Assembly: GCA_964618905.1 (NCBI GenBank)
Contig: CAZUDK010000003.1
Coordinates: 9,783 to 73,782 of the forward strand
Direction of reading: 5' to 3'
Source: an uncultured Candidatus Saccharibacteria bacterium
Lineage (GTDB): Bacteria > Patescibacteriota > Minisyncoccia > Phycocordibacterales > Zambryskibacteraceae
DNA length: 64,000 nt
Below, one piece after another: positions 37,883 to 49,513 of the stretch (positions are counted from its first letter, which is position 1; each line of letters begins with the position of its first letter). The translations under genes and the position numbers were made by a program. The notes beneath the pieces are model-generated. The model saw only the letters and a list, made by a program, of their open reading frames with translations, ran no database searches and was not told where the DNA came from.

Positions 37883-37907
37883 GACGGCACCTGAACTTTT
37901 TACTTAC
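37883..37907 (-). promoter_or_regulatory. Putative ECF-sigma promoter GTAAG-N16-CGTC
   Basis: 13 bp upstream of ATG 37869; overlaps a TATAAT. Confidence 0.6.
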
Positions 37908-37923
37908 TTTTTGATCTATGTTC

Positions 37924-38406
37924 TTAGGCTATTTGTGGTTGCTTGTTAATACTATTACCTATGTATTGAGAGTTTCCGAAGGCGAGTATAGGCAGGAAGA
38001 TGAATGGCAAGACTATGAGTCCTATCGTAAAACCCGCGCTTTTTCCAAAGGCTTTGGAAAGCAGGTGTGCAATGTAAAGACTGACAATTCCGTTTACAAA
38101 AGGAATAAACATCAATATCACCCACCACGCCGGCTTGCCCACAATCTCCAGCAGTACCACAGTATTATAAATTGGAATAATAGATGCCCAGCCTGGCTTT
38201 CCTGCTTTAGAAAACAGCTTCCATCCGGAGATGATAATTATTACCATCAGAATGAAGAAGATTGCTAGAAATCCGGAGCCGAACTGAGCACTTGTAGAAC
38301 CGCAATCTACAATTTGACCATTCACCCTGCAGGTTGCCGAAGCAAGCATTGCTGGAGAAAAACTTGAGTAAGCATTAGCGAACAAGTAAGGAATAAGGTT
38401 AGTCAT
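37924..38406 (-). CDS. DUF5684-like membrane protein
   Basis: WKLFSKAGKPGWASIIPIYN, FGKS, ILAFG. Confidence 0.85.
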   Translation of the reverse strand: MTNLIPYLFANAYSSFSPAMLASATCRVNGQIVDCGSTSAQFGSGFLAIFFILMVIIIISGWKLFSKAGKPGWASIIPIYNTVVLLEIVGKPAWWVILMFIPFVNGIVSLYIAHLLSKAFGKSAGFTIGLIVLPFIFLPILAFGNSQYIGNSINKQPQIA

Positions 38407-38548
38407 GATTTGTTAATTATCTTTAATTAGTTGCTATTATTTTTATAATAATTGGAATGTAAATGAATGTGAAGTCATGTCAAGTGGATAAAAACCATAT
38501 TTCGAGTATTCAAAATACAATAATGTTACCTTTGTATTTTCGTTTCCT

Positions 38549-38689
38549 ATCTGCGGAGGCGGAGAGAATTTCGATCCTTACAGGATCAGTGCAGGTTTTC
38601 CATTTTCTCAAAGCAAGCTTCTCGAAAATATGGAAGAACCTCTTCGAATCTCTCACGCAAGCAAAATTGTTTGCTTGCTCGCTCCGCAG
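38549..38689 (-). repeat. Fold-back element made of direct and inverted tRNA-Ser 3'-end copies
   Basis: ATCTGCGGAGGCGGAGAGA at 38549-38567 = 38706-38724; inverted parts 38643-38654 and 38682-38689. Confidence 0.85.
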
Positions 38690-38710
38690 TTTTTCACTGC
38701 GTTCAATCTG

Positions 38711-38797
38711 CGGAGGCGGAGAGATTCGAACTCTCGAGACCCTTTCGAGCCTGCCACCTTTCCAAGATGGTGCACTAGACCGCTATGCGACGCCTCC
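38711..38797 (-). tRNA. tRNA-Ser (anticodon GGA), CCA not encoded
   Basis: GGAGGCG/CGCCTCC acceptor, CCATC-TTGGAAA-GGTGG, long variable arm, GAGAGTTCGAATCTCTC. Confidence 0.95.
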
Positions 38798-38834
38798 GTT
38801 CAAAGAACACATTATCAAAATTTAAAATTCTTAG

Positions 38835-39728
38835 CTAACTGCTCCTTCCGATAAGAGCACGAATTCTCTCCTCAACCGGAGGGTGTGTCATGAAAAGTTT
38901 ATGAAGACCGGATTTCATCTTCCCTCCAAAAGGGTTGGAAATAAAAAGGTGTGCATCAGCATTGTTTGCAGTCCTCATTGGTATTGCGGCAGAACTTATC
39001 TTCCGAAGAGCGCTAGCTAGCCCTTGAGGATATCTGGTCAGAAGCGCTCCTGATGCGTCGGCCAGAAACTCTCTCTTGCGCGATATGGCTAGCTGAATAA
39101 GGCTTGCGACAAGCGGAGTGAGGACAGCCAGCACAATACCCACGATAATCAGCGCACCTCCCGCTTTGTTATCCCTGTCATTTTTGCCGAATATTTGTGA
39201 TCGCAGGAAGAAATCTGAAAGAAGGGCTACAAACCCGACCAGAACCACCACGACAGTAGAGAGGAGCATATCTCTGTTGCCTATATGTGAGAGCTCGTGA
39301 GCTATAACACCTTCAAGCTCGCTCTTGTCTAAAATCTCTAAAAGGCCAGAAGTTACCGCCACTACTGCATGTTCCTTGTCTCTGCCGGTAGCAAAAGCAT
39401 TCGGAGCTTTATCCTTGATGATATAAAGCTTAGGCATTGGCAGGCCGGCGGCAATGGAGAGATTCTCGGTAATATTCCAGAGATCGAAATATTCTTCTCT
39501 TGTAACAGGCTTAGCTTTGTGCAACTTGAGTACTAATTTATCGGAATACCAATAAGAAAAAACATTCATAAAAACAGCAAAAAATATTGCTGCGTATAGG
39601 ATGAATGAATTTTGATAGTAATAAGAAATAAACCAGCCGAGGAATATGACCACGGACAAAAAGACGCCCATCAAAAGCCAAGTTTTTAGGATATTTCTAT
39701 CCTGATTTGTATAAATATTTTGAGCCAT
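38835..39728 (-). CDS. htpX: Zinc metalloprotease HtpX (M48)
   Basis: PNAFATG, HELSH, SRKREFLAD, THPP. Confidence 0.93.
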   Translation of the reverse strand: MAQNIYTNQDRNILKTWLLMGVFLSVVIFLGWFISYYYQNSFILYAAIFFAVFMNVFSYWYSDKLVLKLHKAKPVTREEYFDLWNITENLSIAAGLPMPKLYIIKDKAPNAFATGRDKEHAVVAVTSGLLEILDKSELEGVIAHELSHIGNRDMLLSTVVVVLVGFVALLSDFFLRSQIFGKNDRDNKAGGALIIVGIVLAVLTPLVASLIQLAISRKREFLADASGALLTRYPQGLASALRKISSAAIPMRTANNADAHLFISNPFGGKMKSGLHKLFMTHPPVEERIRALIGRSS

Positions 39729-39759
39729 TTGGCTTTTTAACTACTCGATATCTTCCCTT

Positions 39760-40326
39760 TTATTTAAAGTTTACTTTCACCGGTCCTTTTGCTTCCTCCT
39801 CTTCGAGTTCAAAGAACTTTTCCGGAGAGAAGTTGAAAAGGTTGGCTATGATATTAGACGGAAAGGATTCTATATTCGTATTTAAGTCCCGTACGTTGGT
39901 GTTGTAGAAGCGTCTTGCTGCTTGGATCTTGTTCTCAGTATCAGAGAGCTCTTTTTGCAGTTCTAGGAAGTTGGTATTGGCCTTAAGGTCCGGATAGTTT
40001 TCTGCTACTGCGAATACAGAGCGCAAAGCGCCGGTCAGAGCATTTTCAGCTCGGGCAGTATTTTCAGGATCTCCGGAGCGTTCTACCGACAGAGCATCGG
40101 CTCGAGCTTTGGTAACCTTCTCAAGCAAATCTTTTTCATGGGAAGCATAGCCTTTTACGGTTTCTACCAGATTCGGGATCAGGTCGTATCTGCGCTTGAG
40201 CTGGACATCTATGTCCGCCCAAGCTTCTCTGGTCCTGTTTATAAGCTTAACAAAGTTGTTGTAAGAGAAAGCAAACCAGCCGATAACAACTGCTAAAACT
40301 ATAAAGAATATTATAAGTGGTGACAT
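39760..40326 (-). CDS. lemA: LemA family protein
   Basis: IDVQLKRRYDLIPNLV, ENYPDLKA, ARRFYN, FPSN. Confidence 0.95.
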   Translation of the reverse strand: MSPLIIFFIVLAVVIGWFAFSYNNFVKLINRTREAWADIDVQLKRRYDLIPNLVETVKGYASHEKDLLEKVTKARADALSVERSGDPENTARAENALTGALRSVFAVAENYPDLKANTNFLELQKELSDTENKIQAARRFYNTNVRDLNTNIESFPSNIIANLFNFSPEKFFELEEEEAKGPVKVNFK

Positions 40327-40345
40327 AGCAAACATTATACCATAA

Positions 40346-40370
40346 GACGACGAAGCTCCCCACCACTTTC
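40346..40370 (-). promoter_or_regulatory. Putative ECF-sigma promoter GAAAG-N16-CGTC for lemA-htpX
   Basis: 19 bp upstream of ATG 40326; overlaps hairpin 40354-40388. Confidence 0.5.
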
Positions 40371-40396
40371 TAAAAGCAGCGGGGAGCTGAACGACC

Positions 40397-41044
40397 TTAT
40401 GCTAAGGCCGTTATAGGTTTACTATTCGCAAGATAAGAAGCTATCTCGCCAGCCAGGAATCTGGGAAATCTCCTGTCATAAGTGCAGGCATCGTCGAGAG
40501 ACACCCTGCCTTTGCCGACCTGAATTCCTGCTCTTGGCTTCTTACTGATAACGAAGTTGGAGATATATCCGTTGACAGACTTGCTGAAGTTGTGATCCCC
40601 GGCGATCACGAGCCGTCCGTCCCTCATAGCGATCAGAATCGATGAACGGAAGTAGGCATTCCTCGAACTGATGATCGCCGCAAAATCAAGAAGCTCTTCC
40701 GGTTTCGGATTCCACGGTATCAGGTTGGCATCTATAGGAAATGCCATGAGGTCTCGAGAGTACTGTCTCCCGGGGTAAGAGCCTCCCTTGAGACCAAACC
40801 CCAGAATCCAAAAATTCTCCCCAAAGAAGCAAACATCGACAGAGCTGTAAATCATGTACCCTGACCTTTGCCGATGCTCATCATATGGATCGTATGCAAT
40901 GCGTGCCAGCGCGCCGCCCTGACACCCGAGATACGGATGATTGGTCATACTGATGTGTAGAACCGAGTAATCTTGCCGTAACTGGCTGAAGGTTTTTTCA
41001 ACTGCTTGTTGAGCATCAATCGTTCCTAAGCGAGGAAACAACAT
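40397..41044 (-). CDS. Hypothetical protein
   Basis: AAAGGAG SD before ATG 41044; hairpin 40354-40388 downstream. Confidence 0.6.
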   Translation of the reverse strand: MLFPRLGTIDAQQAVEKTFSQLRQDYSVLHISMTNHPYLGCQGGALARIAYDPYDEHRQRSGYMIYSSVDVCFFGENFWILGFGLKGGSYPGRQYSRDLMAFPIDANLIPWNPKPEELLDFAAIISSRNAYFRSSILIAMRDGRLVIAGDHNFSKSVNGYISNFVISKKPRAGIQVGKGRVSLDDACTYDRRFPRFLAGEIASYLANSKPITALA

Positions 41045-41102
41045 GGCTGGCTCCTTTCGGTTTGAATAGTTAGGTACAAATATCCGGCAGATAATATAGC
41101 AC

Positions 41103-41131
41103 AAAAAACCTCCTTAAAAAGGAGGTTTTTG
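41103..41131 (-). terminator. groEL terminator
   Basis: AAAAAACCTCCTT-AAA-AAGGAGGTTTTT. Confidence 0.8.
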
Positions 41132-41154
41132 AATATTAAAGAATAATCTTTATT

Positions 41155-43190
<2,036 letters not shown>

Positions 43191-43311
43191 GCTGATTTCC
43201 AGTTTACCTTATAAATGCACGAGTATTCTATGTAAAACTAAGTATAAAATCAAATAAGAAAGTAAGTGTACAGAACTTTTTCTGTATGATAATATTCTCC
43301 CGCATAGGCCT

Positions 43312-43539
43312 ATGGCCCAGATACTTCCTTACATTCAGATTGTGCTTTCCCTACTGCTCATTGGCGGAGTGCTTCTTCAGCGCTCAGAAGCCGGACTTGG
43401 GTCTGCTTTCGGACAAGACGGCATGACTGTCGGCCAGCATACCAGACGCGGAATGGAAAAGACTATTTACCAGGGCACTATCTTAATAGCTGTCCTTTTT
43501 GCTGTTTCAGCATTCGCCAGTTTGCTCATCGGCCAGTAA
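43312..43539 (+). CDS. secG: Preprotein translocase subunit SecG
   Basis: Two TM helices, VLLQ..AGLG.AFG, RRGMEK. Confidence 0.9.
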   Translation: MAQILPYIQIVLSLLLIGGVLLQRSEAGLGSAFGQDGMTVGQHTRRGMEKTIYQGTILIAVLFAVSAFASLLIGQ

Positions 43540-43545
43540 ATCAGG

Positions 43546-45303
43546 ATGAACTACTCGCAATTAAGAATGCTTCTTTTGAAGCGTTTCAATATCCCGAAGG
43601 AGAAATCATTTCGTAAAATCCTGAGGTCTTTTACGGCTGCAGAAAAGATTATCTTTTATTTCTTTGCAGGAGTTTTCATAGCTTCCGGCATTTTGTTACT
43701 TCTTCAAGTCAATCATTCATTCTTGATAGAAGTGCCAACCAAAGGAGGAGAATTAACTGAAGGCGTGCTCGGCAACCCTCGATTCATCAATCCTGTCCTA
43801 GCAATTTCAGAAGCAGATAAAAATCTGGCCGCTCTGGTATATTCCGGCCTGACAAAGACAGATAAAGACGGCAATACGGTCAATGACCTGGCAGAAAGCA
43901 TTTCTGTTTCTGATGACGGACTCTCTTATACGGTGAAAATCAAAGAAGACGCTGTATTTCACGACGGCAAGCCTGTTACTGCAGATGATGTCATATTCAC
44001 TATTCAAAAACTGACTAATCCTCTCATTAAAAGTCCGCATAGAGGTAACTGGGGCGGCGTAACAATAGAAAAAATAGATGACCGCACTTTATCTTTCCAC
44101 CTCAAAGAGCCTTACGCACCTTTTATAGACAACCTCTCAGTTGGTATCTTGCCTAAGCATATATGGAAAAATGTTACAGAAGAAGAATTCTCTTTCAGTC
44201 AATTCAATACTTTGCCTATAGGTTCCGGACCTTATGAGATAGCTAGAGTTGAGAGAAATTCAGGCGGCATACCGAATTTTTATGTTCTTAAGCCTTTTAA
44301 GAGAGATGTTTCCGGATCGGCTTTCATAGGCAAGCTCGTATTCAAGTTTTATCCAAGTGAGGAAACTCTTGCTTCAGCATACAAATCAAGAGAGATAGAG
44401 AGCATATCTGGTATTTCTCCTAAACTTGCAGAGGAACTTGCAGGAGACAACGCTACGGTAATCTCTTCGCCGCTGCCGAGAGTATTCGGAGTTTTCTTTA
44501 ACCAGAATCAAGCTAAAGTTTTTCTTGATAAGGATGTAAGGAAAGCATTAAACTTGGCTGCCCCGAAAGAAGAAATAGTAGCGGACGTCCTTAATGGACA
44601 CGGCACTCCTATAGACGGTCCTCTGCCGCCTGAACTTTATTCATGGACAGGCAAGCAAGAAGAGACTCCTTATGCAGAAAGATTCGCTCAGGCAGAAGAG
44701 ATACTAGAAGATGATGGATGGGTTCGTGATGAAGAAACAGGAGTACTTGAAAAAGATTCAGATTCAGATACAATAAGATTATCGTTTTCCATCTCTACCG
44801 GCGACTCTCCAGAACTCAAAGCCGTTGCAAAAAAGCTAATTGATGCATGGCAAAAATTGGGAGTTGAGATAGAGCTTCATGTTTTTGAAACCGGAGATCT
44901 CAACCAGAATGTCATTCGGCCAAGAAAATATGATGCTCTCCTCTTCGGTGAAGTAGTAGGAAAAGATGCCGATGTATATCCATTCTGGCATTCATCACAG
45001 AGAAATGATCCTGGTTTGAATATTGCCTTGTATGCTAATGCAACCGTGGACGATCTCTTAGAAGAAGCTAGAACAACAGGTGATAAAAAGGAGCAAGAAG
45101 AAGACCTTAAGGACTTTGCCGAAGAATTACATTCTGATGTGCCTGCAGTCTTCCTCTACAGCCCTAGCTTTATATACATAGTGCCTGACAAGATTAAAAA
45201 TATTACTCTTGGCAGACTCTCGACTCCCCAAGACAGATTCCAGAGCATAAGAGAATGGTATATAGAGACAGATAGAATCTGGCAAATATTCGCTAAAAAA
45301 TAA
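43546..45303 (+). CDS. Peptide ABC transporter substrate-binding protein (family 5), TM-anchored
   Basis: GGELTEG, VYSGL, FHDGKPVTADDV, PIGSGPY, FWHSSQ. Confidence 0.9.
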   Translation: MNYSQLRMLLLKRFNIPKEKSFRKILRSFTAAEKIIFYFFAGVFIASGILLLLQVNHSFLIEVPTKGGELTEGVLGNPRFINPVLAISEADKNLAALVYSGLTKTDKDGNTVNDLAESISVSDDGLSYTVKIKEDAVFHDGKPVTADDVIFTIQKLTNPLIKSPHRGNWGGVTIEKIDDRTLSFHLKEPYAPFIDNLSVGILPKHIWKNVTEEEFSFSQFNTLPIGSGPYEIARVERNSGGIPNFYVLKPFKRDVSGSAFIGKLVFKFYPSEETLASAYKSREIESISGISPKLAEELAGDNATVISSPLPRVFGVFFNQNQAKVFLDKDVRKALNLAAPKEEIVADVLNGHGTPIDGPLPPELYSWTGKQEETPYAERFAQAEEILEDDGWVRDEETGVLEKDSDSDTIRLSFSISTGDSPELKAVAKKLIDAWQKLGVEIELHVFETGDLNQNVIRPRKYDALLFGEVVGKDADVYPFWHSSQRNDPGLNIALYANATVDDLLEEARTTGDKKEQEEDLKDFAEELHSDVPAVFLYSPSFIYIVPDKIKNITLGRLSTPQDRFQSIREWYIETDRIWQIFAKK

Positions 45304-45327
45304 TTAGTTTAAAATCTTAAATCTTAT

Positions 45328-47190
45328 ATGAACACACAGCCACCAAGGAGCGGCTCGTCTAAAAGATCGTACCCAAGCTCTAATAGACCTAGATTTTCAA
45401 GCGGCGGAGGAAGCCGTAGATCTTTAGGGCCAAAGACCCGAAGCCAAAATATGCGCCGCCGCGCCGATCAGCGCATACCGGCTAAAAAAGTCCAAGATGT
45501 CATCCCGCCCCTTGCAGACGGAGATATCAGAGTAATTCCTTTAGGAGGAGTTGAGGAAGTCGGCCGCAACATGACTGCCATAGAATACAAGGGTGAAATT
45601 ATTGTCGTAGACTGCGGTATCCAATTTACCGATGCAGAAACTCCGGGTGTTGATTACATTCTAGCCAATACAAAATACCTCGAAGAAAGAAAGGATAAGG
45701 TTAAAGCCTTAATCATTACTCACGGCCACCTAGATCACATTGGAGGCATTCCTTACATCATGCCTCGCATAGGCAATCCTCCTATATACACAAGAGAATT
45801 CGGCGCTCTCATGATAAAGAAGCGTCAGGATGAATTCCCTCACCTGCCACCTCTTGATATAAGGGTTATGGAATCGACAGATAAGGCTTCCGTTTCTGTT
45901 ACTGCCAATATGAAAGTGAAGTTCTTTGGACTAACTCACTCTATCCCAGATTCTACAGGCATCATCATAGAAACGCCTTTGGGAGATATCGTAAACACCG
46001 GCGACGTTAGAGTTGAAAATGAAAACGGAGTACCAGTACCAAAAGAAGTTGAGCAGTACAAGATGTTCAAAGATAGAAATGTAGTCCTCTTTACAATGGA
46101 CTCAACAGGTATCGAAAAGCCCGGCTTCTCCCCTTCCGAAGTCTCTATTCTGAAAAACATCGACAAGATCGTGTCTGAAGTACCCGGCAGAGTTATTATT
46201 GCTACTTTTGCTTCTCAAGTTGAACGTATTATCGAATTCTTTGAGATTGCCCGCAGATACGGCAAGAAAGTGGTTGTAGAGGGCCGTTCGATGAAAAGCA
46301 ATGTCGATATAGTAAAGCACCTCAATCTTGTAAATACCGACAATATGATCCCAATAGAGGATATACCCAAGTACCCTCCAAACAAGATCATGATGATAGT
46401 TACCGGTGCTCAAGGAGAGGAATTCGCTGCCCTAATGCGCATGGCAAATTCTGCTCACAAGTTCATTAAGCTGACTAGGATTGACACTATTATTCTTTCT
46501 TCCTCTATAATTCCAGGCAATGATAAGGCTGTCGCTAAACTCAAAGACAACCTGTACCACCATGATGCCAAGATCATCACTTACTTGGACAATGATGTGC
46601 ACACTTCAGGACATGGTAAACGAGGAGAACTGGAATGGGTCCACAAGCAAATGCCTTATAAATTCTTCATGCCTGTGCACGGACACCACTACATGCTCAA
46701 ACAACATGCGGAACTGGCACGTTCTCTAGGTGCTAAGCCTGAGAATGTCATAGTGCCAGAGAATGGATCAATTATTGAGATCCGCAATGGAGGCAACGAA
46801 TTTGTAAAGCTTCCAGTCAAAGCTCCGTCTGATGATGTGGTGGTAGAAGGTTTTTCTGTCGGTGATGTCTCAGAAGTGCTTATAAGGGATAGGAAGATGC
46901 TTGCTGAAGACGGAATGTTCGTGATCATTGCCATGATCAATCCTAAGACAGGCAAGCTTAAGAAATCCCCAGACATCATCTCAAGAGGGTTTGTGTATCT
47001 TCGCGAATCTCAAGATATGCTGTCTGAAGCAAGGCAGGTCATTCGCCGCTCCATAGAGTCATCCACCTTTGGTATGAATCCGATTAATTTCGACTTCGTA
47101 AAATCGACAGTGAATGAAGATGTCTCAAGATTCCTCTTCCAGAAAACAGCTAAAAAGCCAATAGTGATACCTGTTATTCTCAGCATCTAA
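45328..47190 (+). CDS. rnj: Ribonuclease J
   Basis: PLGGVEEVGRNM, THGHLDHIG, HSIPD, HTSGH, SRGFVY. Confidence 0.95.
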   Translation: MNTQPPRSGSSKRSYPSSNRPRFSSGGGSRRSLGPKTRSQNMRRRADQRIPAKKVQDVIPPLADGDIRVIPLGGVEEVGRNMTAIEYKGEIIVVDCGIQFTDAETPGVDYILANTKYLEERKDKVKALIITHGHLDHIGGIPYIMPRIGNPPIYTREFGALMIKKRQDEFPHLPPLDIRVMESTDKASVSVTANMKVKFFGLTHSIPDSTGIIIETPLGDIVNTGDVRVENENGVPVPKEVEQYKMFKDRNVVLFTMDSTGIEKPGFSPSEVSILKNIDKIVSEVPGRVIIATFASQVERIIEFFEIARRYGKKVVVEGRSMKSNVDIVKHLNLVNTDNMIPIEDIPKYPPNKIMMIVTGAQGEEFAALMRMANSAHKFIKLTRIDTIILSSSIIPGNDKAVAKLKDNLYHHDAKIITYLDNDVHTSGHGKRGELEWVHKQMPYKFFMPVHGHHYMLKQHAELARSLGAKPENVIVPENGSIIEIRNGGNEFVKLPVKAPSDDVVVEGFSVGDVSEVLIRDRKMLAEDGMFVIIAMINPKTGKLKKSPDIISRGFVYLRESQDMLSEARQVIRRSIESSTFGMNPINFDFVKSTVNEDVSRFLFQKTAKKPIVIPVILSI

Positions 47191-47203
47191 GCAGAATTGA
47201 TAG

Positions 47204-47296
47204 TTATCCACAGGTAGGTCATTTTCTTCTTGTAAAAATAATCTCCTCTGGTTACAATCAGGTAGTAAAGCGCTCTCCGCAAGGCGAGCGCTTTAC
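47204..47296 (+). promoter_or_regulatory. DnaA box, sigma70-like promoter and immediate GCAA-loop hairpin
   Basis: TTATCCACA 47204; TTGTAA-N17-TACAAT 47230-47258; GTAAAGCGCTC..GAGCGCTTTAC 47265-47296. Confidence 0.55.
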
Positions 47297-47342
47297 ATTT
47301 GTCCTCTTCGCAACAATGCTCTTCTTTAATATACTTAATTAA

Positions 47343-48479
47343 ATGAAGCTATTTCCCATATATATATCCGGAGTATTTCTCTCTCTAAACTATGCCGCTA
47401 TCCTGTATGTTAATTCCTCTTTTCTTAATTTATATTTTAGCTTCAATGCCGTAAGTATTCTTTTTGTTCTTGCCGCTCTGGGCAATATAGCTTTGTTTCT
47501 TTATGCTGCAAAACTGCTTAGGATATTTGGACCAAGGATTCTTTTCTCTATCTTTCTTTTCATCTTGTTTGCAAGCACCTTTTCTCTGGGATTGAGTACC
47601 TCACCCTTAGCTGCAGCATCTTCTTTCATTATCTACAGCAGTGTCTTGTTCATGGTCTATTGGTGTTTGGACATATTCCTGGAAGAAGCTTCTGCAAATC
47701 TAACTACAGGTTCAATAAGAGGACTTTATCTGTCTCTGCTCAACGCAGCCATAGCTATAGCGCCGCTCCTCATGGCATTCTTTTCTGATGAAAAAGAATT
47801 CAAGCTGCTTTATATGGCAGCAGGCTTCCTGCTTATCCCTCCGCTTATCCTCTCTTTCTTTGCTTTCCGTAAATTGAATTTGAACAATAGCGGTCCGATT
47901 GTCAGCCTTTATATACGTAAATGGTGGGGAATCAAAGACATCAGAAGAATAATCTTGGCAAGATTTCTTCTAGAATTCTTCTACATGTTCATGATAATTT
48001 ACATGCCCGTGTATCTTCACAAGATCATAGGTTTTAGCTGGCCGGAACTTAGTATAATGTTCTCTTTCATGCTTCTGCCATTTGTCATCCTTGAATGGCC
48101 TGCAGGGAAAATTTCCGATGAATGGCTGGGAGAAAAAGAGATGCTGAGCGTTGGATTTTTAATTATTTTTACCACTCTCCTTATAACACCTTTTCTCGGC
48201 AAATCTTTTGTTGAATGGATGGCTTTGCTTTTTGTATCCAGAATAGGAGCAAGTTTAGTAGAAATTTCTTCAGAAAGTTATTTCTTCAAACAAATAAACT
48301 ATAAAGATACAAGCATCATAAGCAGTTTCCGTCTGACGCGACCATTTGCCATGATACTTTGCTCTATGATTGGAGGACTTTCCATTCTTCTTCTCCCTTT
48401 CAGTAATGTCTTCTGGATTCTTGCCGCTTTTGAAATACTGGGTCTCACTCAAAGTTTGTATTTAGTGGATACTTTATAA
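47343..48479 (+). CDS. MFS transporter
   Basis: About 12 hydrophobic segments, AGKISDEWLGEK MFS loop motif. Confidence 0.82.
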   Translation: MKLFPIYISGVFLSLNYAAILYVNSSFLNLYFSFNAVSILFVLAALGNIALFLYAAKLLRIFGPRILFSIFLFILFASTFSLGLSTSPLAAASSFIIYSSVLFMVYWCLDIFLEEASANLTTGSIRGLYLSLLNAAIAIAPLLMAFFSDEKEFKLLYMAAGFLLIPPLILSFFAFRKLNLNNSGPIVSLYIRKWWGIKDIRRIILARFLLEFFYMFMIIYMPVYLHKIIGFSWPELSIMFSFMLLPFVILEWPAGKISDEWLGEKEMLSVGFLIIFTTLLITPFLGKSFVEWMALLFVSRIGASLVEISSESYFFKQINYKDTSIISSFRLTRPFAMILCSMIGGLSILLLPFSNVFWILAAFEILGLTQSLYLVDTL

Positions 48480-48529
48480 AAAAAGACCGGCACCACTAAG
48501 TGGTGCCGGTGTACATCTGGGCAGCGGAG

Positions 48530-48958
48530 TCATGCTGCTGAATCGGCGAGGATCAGCGTCCGGTCGAACTTCATTCCAGCGAGATTCTCATTAACCAAGA
48601 TCTCGGCGATCCTGCGGATGGCGGCGCCGTTGGCGGCCTGATGTCTCTCCACCTCGATCACCCCCCTGGTTACGAGGGTCTTGTTCTGGTCCGAAAGATA
48701 CCAGAACGCTTGATACAACACATCATACACACCGACTCTCTCGGATTCGAGGGTGATAGTGATGATATAGCCTCGAGGCTCCGGCTCATCAACGACCTTC
48801 GCGTACGCGCCCATGTTCATAAGCCCTTGGACAATATAATGCCCAAGATTGGAGACGCCGCGCTGCTTCACGAAGACGGAGAACTTCACTCCGTCGAGCT
48901 TACCTGGCTTCACTCCTGCCAACCCGATGATGGTCAAAAAAAGACCGCGCATTGACAT
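48530..48958 (-). CDS. Hypothetical protein (142 aa)
   Basis: TTGACA..TATAAT promoter, GGGAGG SD, hairpin 48486-48509. Confidence 0.65.
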   Translation of the reverse strand: MSMRGLFLTIIGLAGVKPGKLDGVKFSVFVKQRGVSNLGHYIVQGLMNMGAYAKVVDEPEPRGYIITITLESERVGVYDVLYQAFWYLSDQNKTLVTRGVIEVERHQAANGAAIRRIAEILVNENLAGMKFDRTLILADSAA

Positions 48959-49036
48959 ACCGCCTCCCTTTTTGAGGTTACCGGAATATTCAAGCTCTGA
49001 TTTTAATTATATAACAATATACGACCGAATGTCAAA

Positions 49037-49504
49037 TTATTTTAAATTGAGCAATTTGAATACAGGAGCCATGAATGGATCAAAATCTGTGCCATATACC
49101 ATAGCTCCTCCCAAGCCGCCGGTTATAACTATTGCTATAAGACCTGCTACTGCAATGGGTAGAATAATCCATCTGTCGAATACGAGCTTAGCTGCATGCA
49201 TAGAGAGTCTGCCTTTGTTAAACCATGCTAAAGCATAAATGATTGTTAAAACACCGAATATTACCGCTGTCGCATAAGCAAATCTCTCGTGATATTCAAG
49301 AATCCGGATGCCTTCAGGATGAGAGACCACCTTTGCGGAAAGTATGGCGGCCAGTGCACCTATTTCACCGAGAAAAAGCATAATTGCTTTAACAAAAAAC
49401 CAGTACTGCTTTTCTTGCAGCTTCTTAATACTGACAATCTCGAAAAGAGAGTAAGTCATCAGCAGAGCTATAGGAAAATGTACGACTAAGGGATGTATGT
49501 CCAT
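49037..49504 (-). CDS. DUF2231-like membrane protein
   Basis: HPLVVHFPIAL, HE, TGGLGGAMVYG; four TMs. Confidence 0.8.
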   Translation of the reverse strand: MDIHPLVVHFPIALLMTYSLFEIVSIKKLQEKQYWFFVKAIMLFLGEIGALAAILSAKVVSHPEGIRILEYHERFAYATAVIFGVLTIIYALAWFNKGRLSMHAAKLVFDRWIILPIAVAGLIAIVITGGLGGAMVYGTDFDPFMAPVFKLLNLK

Positions 49505-49513
49505 GGAAGTAAT

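Noticed and set aside
8207-38797. Prophage or genomic island bounded by tRNA att sites
   Set aside because: The duplicated ends are under 300 bp from their tRNAs, no integrase is present and the intervening DNA is core genes.
47204-47212. Replication origin
   Set aside because: Only isolated DnaA boxes; no cluster, no clear unwinding element, no dnaA nearby.
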